From positions 19,912-83,911 of the forward strand of contig JBNKVM010000074.1 in the NCBI GenBank assembly GCA_050299175.1: a stretch of DNA of 64,000 bases, written 5' to 3'. A model generated the notes under the pieces. That model saw only the letters and a program-made list of their open reading frames with translations, had not been told where the DNA came from and did no database searches. Below are positions 49,537-60,627 of this stretch, one piece after another. This stretch comes from Thiohalomonadaceae bacterium. Lineage in GTDB: Bacteria > Pseudomonadota > Gammaproteobacteria > Thiohalomonadales > Thiohalomonadaceae. The position numbers and the translations under genes were made by a program. The stretch's first letter is position 1. Each line of letters begins with the position of its first letter.

Positions 49537-49986
49537 TTACCCCAACAGTCTGCGGATAAATCCCTTGCCGCCCCTTTTCTGCTTACGCAGTGTCGCCTGA
49601 TGCAGCTTCACTGCGCCGACGTAGTCGGCATCATCCAGCTTAATGTGATTAACCAACCAACGTGCCAGCATATCGTGTAGTTCAGCAGCAACATCTTCAC
49701 CAGCCTTGAGTCGCCGCTGATATTCCGAAATACGTTGTGTAAACAGCGCATGAACCTTGCGGTGAACATCGAGAAATTCGTATCCCGCCTGTTGCTGCAA
49801 CTGTTCCTCATAAGAAAAGTGAGTACAGGTATAGTCGACACAGGCGCCGACTACGTCCGCCACTGAATCCTTGTCCTGTTGCTCGCGAGCTATCTCCAGG
49901 TTATTGATAAATTCGACAATGCGTCGGTGCTGTTTGTCGATTTCCGCTATCCCTGTGTCCAGTTCGTCGGACCATACAATTGACAT
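49537..49986 (-). CDS. bacteriohemerythrin (paralogue)
   Basis: It has the same motif set (IDKQHRRIV...[14 protein letters not shown]) and is clearly paralogous to 48869..49336. Confidence 0.85.
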   Translation of the reverse strand: MSIVWSDELDTGIAEIDKQHRRIVEFINNLEIAREQQDKDSVADVVGACVDYTCTHFSYEEQLQQQAGYEFLDVHRKVHALFTQRISEYQRRLKAGEDVAAELHDMLARWLVNHIKLDDADYVGAVKLHQATLRKQKRGGKGFIRRLLG

Positions 49987-50261
49987 CCAAACCCCCTAAA
50001 CGGCCCAGAAGCGCACTGTGCTCCGCTAACCAAAATATACCCGGGCAAACATCATTGATACGATTCGCGCAAACCCTCTGTTACTGCATCCTGCAGCGGC
50101 ATGATCGTGTCATTAACTTACTTATAATGTGGAATTTCGACGCCATTCTGACCGATCAGCGCCTCTGGAGAAAGGACCCTGACCACAGATTAACATTGTT
50201 TACAATCCCTATAACAACAGAATTTATATGGTTTTGGCAATTTTGCCAGAGTAACAGGCAC

Positions 50262-50312
50262 AAAAAAGCCGACCAGTTGGTCGGCTTCTTCATTATTGGT
50301 CGGGGCGAGAGG
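50262..50312 (-). repeat. imperfect 51-nt copy of the tRNA-Pro 3' end (16 nt) plus its downstream terminator
   Basis: AAAAAAGCCGACCAGTTGGTCGGCTTCTTCATTATTGGTCGGGGCGAGAGG is compared with 50407..50457. The offset is 145 nt and there are a few mismatches. Confidence 0.8.
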
Positions 50313-50405
50313 GTGAGGTGCGACCCTTTGTCCAGTGGACAAAGGAAGCGCAACGAACGCCCGAAGCATCAGCGCAGGGCCGGGAATCCTGAGCACCTTC
50401 AGATC

Positions 50406-50431
50406 AAAAAAAGCCGACCAGCTGGTCGGCT
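50406..50431 (-). terminator. intrinsic terminator of tRNA-Pro
   Basis: The minus strand reads GCCGAC-CAGCTG-GTCGGC followed by a U7 run. Confidence 0.75.
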
Positions 50432-50440
50432 TTCTCATTA

Positions 50441-50518
<78 letters not shown>

Positions 50519-50647
50519 AAATTTCGACTCCCCTGCGGGGGAATGAGCCGCGCATCATACACCAGTTGTCCCCGGTTGAGAACACGAATGTTGGATTGCG
50601 GAATATTACTCGTAAGAAAGGCAGACCCCTGAAAAACGCGGTAAAAA

Positions 50648-51004
50648 CTAGCGTTTCAGGATATCCAGTACCTCTTCCAGCTCTACCCTCAATTGCTTGA
50701 TGATCTGCTGGCTTTGATTGGCGTCAGTCCGGTTATCGTCGCTCTCCAGCTGCTGGCGGGCGCCACCAATGGTGAAGCCCTGTTCGTACAGCAGGGCGCG
50801 GATCTGACGAATAATGATAACGTCCTGGCGCTGATAATAGCGGCGATTGCCACGACGCTTGACCGGCTTGAGCTGAGGGAATTCCTGCTCCCAGTAGCGC
50901 AGCACGTGGGGTTTTACGCCACAAAGCTCGCTCACCTCACCGATGGTGAAGTAACGCTTGCCGGGAATGGGTGGTAATTCGTTATTGTTGCTGGGTTCCA
51001 GCAT
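50648..51004 (-). CDS. MerR-family transcriptional regulator
   Basis: [28 protein letters not shown]. It follows ihfA, as in many gammaproteobacteria. Confidence 0.8.
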   Translation of the reverse strand: MLEPSNNNELPPIPGKRYFTIGEVSELCGVKPHVLRYWEQEFPQLKPVKRRGNRRYYQRQDVIIIRQIRALLYEQGFTIGGARQQLESDDNRTDANQSQQIIKQLRVELEEVLDILKR

Positions 51005-51284
51005 ACGCCTCTACTCGTGCCTTGAGTTTTTGTCCTGGACGGAAAGTCACCACACGACGGGCGGTGATCGGTATCTCCTCGCCTGTCTTGGGGTTTCTTC
51101 CGGGTCTTTCGTTCTTATCGCGTAGGTCGAAGTTGCCGAAACCGGACAATTTAACCTGGTAGCCGTTCTCCAGCGCGACACGCACTTCCTCGAAGAACTG
51201 CTCGACCAGTTCCTTGGCCTCGCGTTTATTCAGTCCAAGCTCATCAAAGAGCTTTTCGGCAATGGTAGCTTTGGTCAATGCCAT
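50982..51284 (-). CDS. ihfA: integration host factor subunit alpha
   Basis: [28 protein letters not shown]...[12 protein letters not shown]. Confidence 0.9.
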   Translation of the reverse strand: MALTKATIAEKLFDELGLNKREAKELVEQFFEEVRVALENGYQVKLSGFGNFDLRDKNERPGRNPKTGEEIPITARRVVTFRPGQKLKARVEAYAGTQQQ

Positions 51285-51286
51285 GA

Positions 51287-53665
51287 TTACTCTCTTAAAG
51301 TCGCTCCCAGTTCTCGAACCAGGGAATTCACCACCCGCTCGATTGCAGCATCAACTTCTTCGTCAGTAAGAGTGCGCGATTGTGCCTGTAAGGTCAAGCC
51401 CAAAGCAAGACTTTTTCTACCTGAATCAATGCGTTCCCCAGCATAGAGGTCAAACAGCTTTAAGTTTTGCAGACCCTCTGGAGCGGCGTTATTGATGCAG
51501 TTTAGCACCTCATCTGCGGTGATCGCCTCGTCCACCAAAACAGCAAGATCGCGACGAATAGCCGGAAATTTAGATATTTCGGCGAATTTCGGCACACTTT
51601 TCTCGCTCAACATATCTGCTTTAATTTCAAAGAGATAGCAATGTCCGCGCAGATCAAAGGACTTTTCCAGGGCCGGATGGAGTGCTCCAAGCCACCCCGC
51701 TGGCTGATCACCAAAATAGATTCTGGCGCTCTGACCGGGGTGCAATGCGGGGTGATTTTCCGCCACAAAACGGAACTGATCCGCCTTTCTGGTCAGCGCC
51801 AGCAGCGCCTCCACATCCGCCTTGGCATCGTAGAAATCGACCTTGCGCTCGGCACTACCCCACTGCTCCGGCAAGGCAGGGCCGTAGATCAAGCCAGCCA
51901 GCATGTTTTCCTGAAGCAGATCATCCCCCTGCCCGACAAAGCTAAGGCCGTACTCGAACAGGCGAACCCGACTCTGCTGACGATTCAGGTTACGTTGCAG
52001 CAGCGGCAACATGCCCGCCCACAGCGTAGTGCGCATCACCGACAGATCATTGGAGATAGGGTTGGCCAGGGTAATACCCTGCCCTTGCGGATCGAGCTGC
52101 TTCAGTACTGATGGATCGACAAAGCTGTAACTAATCGCCTCCTGATAACCACGGTCGACCAGCAGACGGGAGAAATCACTGCGTCCAAGTCGCGCCTCAG
52201 GCTGCGGTTGCATCATCAGCGATCCCAGCGGACGTTTGCTGGGCAGGTTCTCGTAACCGATAATCCGTCCGACCTCTTCGATCAGATCGACTTCGATCGT
52301 AATGTCGAAACGGAAAGACGGCACGCTCACCTGCCAGCCATCGTCGACTTTATTCAGGCTCATGCCAAGGCGCTTCAGAATATCCTCAACATCGGCTGCC
52401 GCGATCTCAGCACCGAGAATTCGTGCAATACGCTGCAGGCGAAGATGGATCGGATGACGAGCCGGCAACGCCGCTTCACTCACCACCTCTTCCAATCGTC
52501 CCGCTTTACCGCCAACAATCTCCAGCAACAACGCCGTTGCACGTTCCATTGCACGCTCGGCAAGCGCAGGATCGACACCGCGTTCAAAGCGGTGCGAAGA
52601 ATCGGTGTGCAAGCCATAGCGACGCGCACGGCCGGCAATACTATCGGGGGCAAAGAAGGCGCTCTCAAGGAAGATATCGAACGTCGCATCGTTCACCGCA
52701 GAGGCATCGCCACCCATCACACCGGCCATCGCCAGCGGACCTTTATGATCAGCAATAACCAGGGTTTCAGAATCGAGCTCTACTTCCTGCTCGTTAAGCA
52801 GCAACAGCTTTTCACCCTGTTTGGCGCGACGAACAATGATGCCTTTGTTCAGTTTTGCCAGGTCGAAGGCATGCATCGGTTGCCCCAACTCCAGCAACAC
52901 GTAGTTGGTTACATCGACGATCGGACCGAGACTGCGAATACCGCTACGACGTAGGCGCTCCTGCATCCACAGCGGTGTTTCAGCTTTAACATTAACGCCG
53001 CGAATCACACGGCCGATGTAACGCGGGCAATCATCAGCTGCATCAACGGTGATGGAAAAGGTATCGTCGATGGCAGCGGGAACGCTTTTGATCTCCGGTC
53101 CATTCACCGCAGCCTGATTCAGTACACCCACTTCACGGGCAATCCCTGAAACACTCAGGCAGTCACCCCGGTTAGGCGTCAAACCCAGTTCGATAGTGAC
53201 ATCATCGAGCTTTAGATAATTACGAATGTCCTCACCCACCGGTGCATCGGCAGGCAGTTCCAACAGGCCACTGGCACTTTCAGCAAGACCCAGTTCTGAA
53301 GCGGAACAGAGCATGCCCGCAGATGGCACGCCGCGCAGCTTGGCTTTTTTGATCTTGAAGTTACCGGGAAGTACAGCACCGACCACCGCAACAGGCACTT
53401 TCAAACCTTCACGAACATTGGCCGCACCGCAAACAATACCGAGATTTTCCTTGTCGCCAACCGTGACTTCGGTGACACGCAACTTGTCTGCATCCGGATG
53501 CGGCTCAACTTTGACAACCTCACCGATCAACACACCACTAAACTCACCGGCCACCGGCTCGATGGCATCCACCTCAAGACCGGCCATCGTCAGTTGATGA
53601 GACAACTCATCGGTAGAGTTGGCGGGATTCACCCATTCGCGCAACCATGCTTCACTGAATTTCAT
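51287..53665 (-). CDS. pheT: phenylalanine--tRNA ligase beta subunit
   Basis: [14 protein letters not shown]... in a 792-aa protein. Confidence 0.95.
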   Translation of the reverse strand: MKFSEAWLREWVNPANSTDELSHQLTMAGLEVDAIEPVAGEFSGVLIGEVVKVEPHPDADKLRVTEVTVGDKENLGIVCGAANVREGLKVPVAVVGAVLPGNFKIKKAKLRGVPSAGMLCSASELGLAESASGLLELPADAPVGEDIRNYLKLDDVTIELGLTPNRGDCLSVSGIAREVGVLNQAAVNGPEIKSVPAAIDDTFSITVDAADDCPRYIGRVIRGVNVKAETPLWMQERLRRSGIRSLGPIVDVTNYVLLELGQPMHAFDLAKLNKGIIVRRAKQGEKLLLLNEQEVELDSETLVIADHKGPLAMAGVMGGDASAVNDATFDIFLESAFFAPDSIAGRARRYGLHTDSSHRFERGVDPALAERAMERATALLLEIVGGKAGRLEEVVSEAALPARHPIHLRLQRIARILGAEIAAADVEDILKRLGMSLNKVDDGWQVSVPSFRFDITIEVDLIEEVGRIIGYENLPSKRPLGSLMMQPQPEARLGRSDFSRLLVDRGYQEAISYSFVDPSVLKQLDPQGQGITLANPISNDLSVMRTTLWAGMLPLLQRNLNRQQSRVRLFEYGLSFVGQGDDLLQENMLAGLIYGPALPEQWGSAERKVDFYDAKADVEALLALTRKADQFRFVAENHPALHPGQSARIYFGDQPAGWLGALHPALEKSFDLRGHCYLFEIKADMLSEKSVPKFAEISKFPAIRRDLAVLVDEAITADEVLNCINNAAPEGLQNLKLFDLYAGERIDSGRKSLALGLTLQAQSRTLTDEEVDAAIERVVNSLVRELGATLRE

Positions 53666-53713
53666 ATCGTTTTAAACCTGAGTAATTTTTATTTGCGCCA
53701 GAACGAAACGGAC

Positions 53714-54799
<1,086 letters not shown>

Positions 54800-54845
54800 T
54801 TCTGTGTGAAGCGGCGGTCTATGCCGTACCGCTTCGATTCGTTGC

Positions 54846-55202
54846 TCAGGCCAGTGCGTTTTTCGCGGTGTTCGCCAGGGCAGCAAAACCTGCCTTGTCG
54901 GTCACAGCGATATCAGCCAGTACCTTACGGTCGATAGCAACGCCAGCCTTGCTCAGGCCGTTGATCATGCGGCTGTAGGAAATACCGCACTCACGGGCAG
55001 CAGCGTTGATACGTGCGATCCATAGTGCACGGAACTGACGCTTGCGCTGACGACGGTCACGATAGGCGTATTGACCTGCCTTGATAACCGCTTGCTTGGC
55101 GACGCGGAAAACATTCTTGCGACGACCGTAGTAGCCCTTGGCCTGGGCCATAATCTTTTTGTGTCGGGCACGAGCCTGAACACCACGTTTTACTCTTGGC
55201 AT
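54846..55202 (-). CDS. rplT: 50S ribosomal protein L20
   Basis: [17 protein letters not shown]... Confidence 0.95.
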   Translation of the reverse strand: MPRVKRGVQARARHKKIMAQAKGYYGRRKNVFRVAKQAVIKAGQYAYRDRRQRKRQFRALWIARINAAARECGISYSRMINGLSKAGVAIDRKVLADIAVTDKAGFAALANTAKNALA

Positions 55203-55215
55203 CGTTCCTTACTCC

Positions 55216-55410
55216 TCAGCTATAGGGCAACATGCGGCGTACCATTGGTACGTCGACGGCGGCAACCATTTCACCAGAACGCAGCTGACGCTTACGCTTA
55301 GTCGGTTTCTTAGTGAGGATGTGACGACGGAACGACTGGTTTCGCTTGAAACCGCCAGCGCTCTTTTTGAAACGCTTGGCCGCGCCACGATTGGTTTTCA
55401 TCTTTGGCAT
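55216..55410 (-). CDS. rpmI: 50S ribosomal protein L35
   Basis: [16 protein letters not shown]... Confidence 0.95.
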   Translation of the reverse strand: MPKMKTNRGAAKRFKKSAGGFKRNQSFRRHILTKKPTKRKRQLRSGEMVAAVDVPMVRRMLPYS

Positions 55411-55515
55411 TGCTTATTACTCCAAAACCACGCATTGCATTTTAGTTAAAACGCGCGTTTGCGACTGTGGGCACCTTAATGGATGGACAGTAGCGCGTCG
55501 CGAAGCAGGCAGAGC

Positions 55516-56040
55516 CTACTTCTTCTTTTTCGGGGCAAGCAGCATCACCATTTGCCGACCTTCCATCTTCGGAAACTGTTCCACTGTTCCCAGTTCAGCA
55601 AGGTCTCCCTCGATCCGCTTCAACAAATCGCGGCCGAGTTCCTGATGTGCCATTTCACGGCCACGGAACCGTAAGGTTACCTTGACCCTGTCCCCGTCAT
55701 TGAGGAAGCGTGTCAGGTTGCGCAGTTTGACCTGATAGTCTCCCTCTTCCGTCCCTGGACGAAACTTAATCTCTTTTACATGAACCTGTTTCTGGTTCTT
55801 TTTCGCTGCCTGAAGTTTCTTCCGCTGTTCGAACTGGAACTTGTTGTAGTCCATGATGCGGCAGACTGGCGGCTCGGCGTCCGGCGACACCTCAACCAGA
55901 TCCATTTCCGCGTCTTCGGCGAGCTCCAGTGCTTTTTCGGTGGAAATCACACCTACCTGCTCACCATCCTGATCGATGAGCCGTACTTCCGGGACCCGAA
56001 TTTCTTCGTTCAGGCGGGTCTGTTTCTCTTTGGCAGCGAT
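55516..56040 (-). CDS. infC: translation initiation factor IF-3 with a non-AUG (ATC) start
   Basis: The ORF-track entry begins at an internal GTG (55950). The frame stays open upstream to a TAA at 56044-56046 and encodes [31 protein letters not shown], which aligns with the E. coli IF3 N-terminus. The ATC at 56040 has an AGAGGA 8 nt upstream. Confidence 0.8.
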   Translation of the reverse strand: MAAKEKQTRLNEEIRVPEVRLIDQDGEQVGVISTEKALELAEDAEMDLVEVSPDAEPPVCRIMDYNKFQFEQRKKLQAAKKNQKQVHVKEIKFRPGTEEGDYQVKLRNLTRFLNDGDRVKVTLRFRGREMAHQELGRDLLKRIEGDLAELGTVEQFPKMEGRQMVMLLAPKKKK

Positions 56041-56052
56041 TGCTTAAATCCT

Positions 56053-57969
56053 CTAAACAGTTAAGCCGCGGCTCGCGATCTCGGTGGAGAGCAGGTTGGC
56101 AAACTCCTCAATGGGCATACTGCCAAGGTCTTCACCACTACGCGTGCGCACGGCCACGGAACGATTTTCGACTTCGCGATCACCGACTACCAGCAGGTAA
56201 GGGACGCGGAGTAACGTGTGCTCGCGGATTTTAAAGCCGATCTTCTCATTTCTCAAGTCGGATTTGACCCGAATCCCCTGATTTTTCAAAGAATCTTCGA
56301 CTTCACGGACAAACTCGGCCTGATTATCGGTAATGTTCATCACCACAGCCTGGGTCGGCGCCATCCACAACGGGAACGCACCGGCGTGGTGTTCGATGAG
56401 AATCCCGATAAAACGCTCCATCGAACCGACAATGGCACGGTGCAGCATCACCGGCACCTGTTTGCTGCCATCCTCGGCCACATAGTGGGCATCGAGACGG
56501 CCCGGCATGGAGAAATCGACCTGAATGGTGCCGCACTGCCAGACCCGACCGAGGCAGTCCTTGAGGGAGAACTCGATCTTTGGTCCGTAGAATGCGCCCT
56601 CGCCCGGCTGCAGATCCCACTCCAGGCCCTTGGCGTTGAGCGCCCGCTCCAGCGCGTGCTCCGCCTTGTCCCACACCTCGTCGGAACCGACGCGCTGCTC
56701 GGGACGGGTGGATAGCTTAATAATGATGTCGTTAAAGCCGAAGTCCGCATAGACCTTGTACAGCAGGTCGATGAACACCGAAACCTCATCCTGGATCTGA
56801 TCTTCGCTACAGAAGATATGTGCATCGTCCTGGGTAAAGTTACGTACCCGCATAATGCCGTGCAGGGTACCGGACGGCTCATTGCGATGGCAGGAGCCGA
56901 ACTCCGCCAGGCGCAGCGGCAGGTCGCGGTAGGATTTCAGTCCCTGATTGAACACCTGAACGTGACAGGGACAGTTCATCGGTTTGATCGCGTAATCGCG
57001 ATTCTCCGAGTGAGTGGTAAACATGCCGTCACCGAACTTGTCCCAGTGGCCCGACTTCTCCCACAGGCTGCGATCCACCACCTGTGGTGTACGGATCTCC
57101 TGATAACCGTTGTTGCGGAATACTCCGCGCATGTACTGCTCCACCACCTGCCACAGGGTCCAGCCCTGCGGGTGCCAGAACACCATCCCCGGTGCCTCTT
57201 CCTGGGTGTGGAACAGCGACAGCTGACGACCGATCTTGCGGTGGTCACGCTTCTCCGCCTCTTCCAGGCGATGCAAATAGGCTTTGAGTGCTTTCTTGTC
57301 GGTCCAGGCGGTGCCGTAGATGCGGGTCAGCATCTCGTTGTTCGAATCGCCACGCCAGTAGGCACCGGCCACCTTCATTAATTTAAAGGCCTTGAGGCGA
57401 CCGGTTGAAGGTACGTGCGGACCACGGCAGAGGTCGGTGAAATCACCCTGTTTATAGAGGGAAAGCTCCTCGCCGTGAGGAATCGCCTCGATGAGTTCGG
57501 CCTTGTACGCCTCACCCAATCCACGGAAATATTCGATAGCCTCTTCCCGCGACATCACCGAGCGCTCGAGCGGGATATCGGCGGAGACGATCTTCGCCAT
57601 CTCCTTTTCGATCAGCTCCAGGTCTTCAGTGGTAAAAGGACGCTCGAAGGCAAAGTCGTAATAGAAACCATCTTCGATCACCGGACCGATGGTCACCTGC
57701 GCCGAGGGGAACAGATGCTTCACCGCCTGAGCCAGCAGGTGCGCGGTGGAGTGGCGGATGATCTCCAGCCCCTCTTCGTTCTTGTCGGTGATGATCGCCA
57801 GTTCGACGTCATCCTCGATGCAGTAGGAGGTATCCACCAGCTTGTCGCCGATCTTGCCAGCCAGTGCAGCCTTGGCCAGACCGGGGCCGATATCGGCAGC
57901 AACTTCGTGAACGGTTACGGGGTGATCAAATTGACGTTTGGAGCCGTCGGGGAGGGTAATACCGGGCAT
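56053..57969 (-). CDS. thrS: threonine--tRNA ligase
   Basis: [20 protein letters not shown]... in a 638-aa protein. Confidence 0.95.
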   Translation of the reverse strand: MPGITLPDGSKRQFDHPVTVHEVAADIGPGLAKAALAGKIGDKLVDTSYCIEDDVELAIITDKNEEGLEIIRHSTAHLLAQAVKHLFPSAQVTIGPVIEDGFYYDFAFERPFTTEDLELIEKEMAKIVSADIPLERSVMSREEAIEYFRGLGEAYKAELIEAIPHGEELSLYKQGDFTDLCRGPHVPSTGRLKAFKLMKVAGAYWRGDSNNEMLTRIYGTAWTDKKALKAYLHRLEEAEKRDHRKIGRQLSLFHTQEEAPGMVFWHPQGWTLWQVVEQYMRGVFRNNGYQEIRTPQVVDRSLWEKSGHWDKFGDGMFTTHSENRDYAIKPMNCPCHVQVFNQGLKSYRDLPLRLAEFGSCHRNEPSGTLHGIMRVRNFTQDDAHIFCSEDQIQDEVSVFIDLLYKVYADFGFNDIIIKLSTRPEQRVGSDEVWDKAEHALERALNAKGLEWDLQPGEGAFYGPKIEFSLKDCLGRVWQCGTIQVDFSMPGRLDAHYVAEDGSKQVPVMLHRAIVGSMERFIGILIEHHAGAFPLWMAPTQAVVMNITDNQAEFVREVEDSLKNQGIRVKSDLRNEKIGFKIREHTLLRVPYLLVVGDREVENRSVAVRTRSGEDLGSMPIEEFANLLSTEIASRGLTV

Positions 57970-57990
57970 TGCTTTCCTTCCGCTTCAGTG

Positions 57991-58011
57991 GTGATCCATA
58001 CGAGAGACCAC
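57991..58011 (-). promoter_or_regulatory. candidate ThrRS translational operator (tRNA-Thr anticodon-arm mimic)
   Basis: The minus strand reads GUGGUCU-CUCGUAU-GGAUCAC: a 7-bp stem and a 7-nt loop with U at loop position 2, CGU at positions 3-5 and A at position 6. It ends 10 nt 5' of the GGAAGG SD. Confidence 0.45.
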
Positions 58012-58021
58012 GTGACTCAAT

Positions 58022-58055
58022 AAAAAAAGCACCGAGCCGACGTGCGCGGTGCTTT
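58022..58055 (-). terminator. intrinsic-terminator-like hairpin about 55 nt upstream of the thrS ATG
   Basis: The minus strand reads AAAGCACCG-12 nt-CGGTGCTTT followed by a U run. It may end an unannotated minus-strand transcript or form part of the thrS leader. Confidence 0.5.
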
Positions 58056-58330
58056 AACTGTCCAGATATGCGGCTGACGAACAGCCCTCTATATCGTTGA
58101 TTTTGAATGCTATCACAGCGTTTTCCGCCAAGTCAAAAGCCGCATGATGAATGTCGTTTGCGCGCCGCATTTTCCGGGTAAGGCAATGCAACACAAAGAT
58201 TTTTTCCGTGGGGATGCGGTATTCCACAGGGGTTTTGGGTACAATGCGTCGGCTCAGCGCCCGCGGCGTGACCTTATAAATGTAATGGTTTTCATGCACT
58301 TGGGCCGAACTCAAGGTGAACAATAAATAG

Positions 58331-58993
58331 ATGAACGCACAGACACAGGAACGGGTAAACGTCGTTATCGACGGCAAATCGATCCAGGCCTCCCCCTCCC
58401 TGTCGGTGATCCAGGCACTATGGAATGCCGGGTATCCGCGGGTGAAAGGTGTCGGCTGCCTGGAGGGGGTTTGCGGTTCCTGTCGTGTCATGGTGCGCCG
58501 CGGCGGTGAAGATAAAGTCCGCATGGAGCTGGCCTGCCAGACCCTGGTAGAGGAAGGGATGCAGGTGCTGTTCATGGTCTTCCCCAGCCCGACCCACCAC
58601 CATTACGAACTCACCGATATCCAGAACTCCTGGGACGTGCAGGCGAAATTCCACCGCGTCTTCCCCGAAGCCAGCAACTGCCGTCACTGCGGCGGCTGTT
58701 ACAGCGCCTGCCCCAAGGGCATCAATGTCGAACTGGGCGTGAAACTGGCCGTCGATGGCCGCTTCCGTGAGGCGGGCGAACTGTTCGTCGACTGCATTAT
58801 GTGCAACCTCTGCATGACCGGCTGTCCGGAGGAGATCGCGCCCAACCACGTCGGGGTCTTCTCCCGCAGGGTCACCGCCTATTTCCATATCCGCCCCTCC
58901 AATTTGATCCACCGCCTGGAAGAACAGCGTAAAGGTGGGCTGGAGATCGACATCCATAGTCCCGGCAGTCAGCCGCAGCAGGTGGCGGAATGA
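58331..58993 (+). CDS. iron-sulfur protein, SdhB/FrdB-like (2Fe-2S + two 4Fe-4S-type motifs)
   Basis: GCLEGVCGSCRV...C (2Fe-2S), plus CRHCGGCYSACP and CIMCNLCMTGCP. Confidence 0.7.
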   Translation: MNAQTQERVNVVIDGKSIQASPSLSVIQALWNAGYPRVKGVGCLEGVCGSCRVMVRRGGEDKVRMELACQTLVEEGMQVLFMVFPSPTHHHYELTDIQNSWDVQAKFHRVFPEASNCRHCGGCYSACPKGINVELGVKLAVDGRFREAGELFVDCIMCNLCMTGCPEEIAPNHVGVFSRRVTAYFHIRPSNLIHRLEEQRKGGLEIDIHSPGSQPQQVAE

Positions 58994-60624
58994 ACTGTAA
59001 AGGCACCCCGTACGAAGAGGCGCTGGCCGCGTACAAACCGCTGGCGGAGCGCCCGCTGGAAGAGAAGGTGGACGACCATCGCGCCCTGCTGCGCGCCTTC
59101 CACCCGGACTACCGTGCCGACACCCAGACCACCATTAAGGTCGGCGCCAACAGCGGCGACCAGTGCCACCGCCAGCTTGCCGAGATCCTGCAGGCCGATG
59201 CCCGCATCGACGAAGCCGATCTGGCGGGCGCCCCCATCGTCAAAACCGATGTACTGGTCATCGGCGGTGGCGGTGCCGGTTGCGCCGCGGCCCTGACCGC
59301 AGCCCAGTCGGGCGCCGAGGTGATCCTCGCCACCAAGCTACGCCTCGGCGACAGCAACACCGTGATGGCCGAGGGCGGCATCCAGGCATCTATAGAGAAG
59401 AACGACACGCCGCAGATGCACTTCGACGACACTATCAAGGCCGGCCATTTCAGCGCCGACCGTGAGCTGGTCGGTACGCTGGTCTCGGAAGGCCCGGAAG
59501 TGATCCGCTGGCTGATCCAGCAGGGCATGCAGTTCGATCTGGATGAGTTCGGCGACCTGATGACCCGCCGCGCGGGCGGCACCTCCGCCAACCGCGTCTG
59601 CTACTACCGCGACTACACCGGTCTGGAGATGATGCGGGTGCTGCGCGAAGCGGTGCAGAACAGCGACATCGACGTCTGGGAATACAGCCCGGCGGTAGAA
59701 CTGCTGGGCAACGAATCGGGCCACTGCGCCGGTGCGGTGCTCTCCAACCTGAAAAACGTCAGCTACGTGCAGGTGGTCGCGAAGACCGTGATCATCGCCA
59801 CCGGCGGCATCGGTCGCATGCATCTCAACGACTTCCCCACCTCGAATCACTTCGGCGCCACCGGCGACGGCCTGGTACTCGCCTATCGTCTCGGCGCCAA
59901 ACTGCGCGACCTCGACTCCTTCCAGTATCACCCCACCGGCATCGCCTACCCGCAACACCTGGCGGGCAGCCTGATCACCGAGGGTGTGCGTTCCGCCGGT
60001 ACCTGGCTGCTCAACGCCCGCGGCGAACGTTTCGTCGACGAACTCAAACCGCGCGACGTCGTCGCCGCCGCGATCATGCGCGAGTGCGCCGAAGGCCGCG
60101 GCATCACCACCGGTGAAAATGAAGGCGGCGTCTGGCTCGATACCCCGGGACTGGAGATGCGTTATCCCGGCACCCTGCAACAGCGTTTCCCCAAGCTGCT
60201 GCAACTGGGCAAAAAAGCGGGCATCGACCCGTCCAAATCACCGATGCTGATCTACCCCACTCTGCACTATCAAAACGGTGGCGTGGTGATCGACGAACAC
60301 GGCCGCAGCAGCGTGCCGGGACTCTACTGCGTCGGCGAAGTCAGCGGCGGTATTCACGGCACCAACCGCATCATGGGTAACGCCCTGCTGGAGATCATCT
60401 GCTTCGGTCGTCGCGCTGGTGCGCACGCCGCGGAAAAGTCTCATGGCCGCGGCCACAAACAGGTTGGTCTGGAACACCTGAGTCGCCTGCGCCGCGACCT
60501 GATGATCTCAGGTATGCCGATGGAACTGAAAAGCCCGATGCTCTTCCCGGACGTGGCCAAGTTCGACAACGACGCCGACTACGACGGCCTGCGTCACCAT
60601 CGCCGCAAGCGGGTCAAGGAGTAA
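58990..60624 (+). CDS. FAD-dependent flavoprotein of the SdhA/FrdA/NadB family with an ~85-aa N-terminal extension
   Basis: DVLVIGGGGAGCAAAL, QYHPTG, ITEGVRSAG and GLYCVGEVSGGIHGTNRIMGNALLE. An ATGA overlaps the upstream stop. Confidence 0.8.
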   Translation: MNCKGTPYEEALAAYKPLAERPLEEKVDDHRALLRAFHPDYRADTQTTIKVGANSGDQCHRQLAEILQADARIDEADLAGAPIVKTDVLVIGGGGAGCAAALTAAQSGAEVILATKLRLGDSNTVMAEGGIQASIEKNDTPQMHFDDTIKAGHFSADRELVGTLVSEGPEVIRWLIQQGMQFDLDEFGDLMTRRAGGTSANRVCYYRDYTGLEMMRVLREAVQNSDIDVWEYSPAVELLGNESGHCAGAVLSNLKNVSYVQVVAKTVIIATGGIGRMHLNDFPTSNHFGATGDGLVLAYRLGAKLRDLDSFQYHPTGIAYPQHLAGSLITEGVRSAGTWLLNARGERFVDELKPRDVVAAAIMRECAEGRGITTGENEGGVWLDTPGLEMRYPGTLQQRFPKLLQLGKKAGIDPSKSPMLIYPTLHYQNGGVVIDEHGRSSVPGLYCVGEVSGGIHGTNRIMGNALLEIICFGRRAGAHAAEKSHGRGHKQVGLEHLSRLRRDLMISGMPMELKSPMLFPDVAKFDNDADYDGLRHHRRKRVKE

Positions 60625-60627
60625 GCC

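Noticed and set aside
58054-58575. 173-aa minus-strand ORF upstream of thrS
   Set aside because: More than half of it is antisense to the FeS-protein gene, and the rest lies in AT-richer spacer without a recognisable SD. A short peptide or sRNA ending at the 58022-58055 hairpin cannot be excluded; see the thrS-leader finding.
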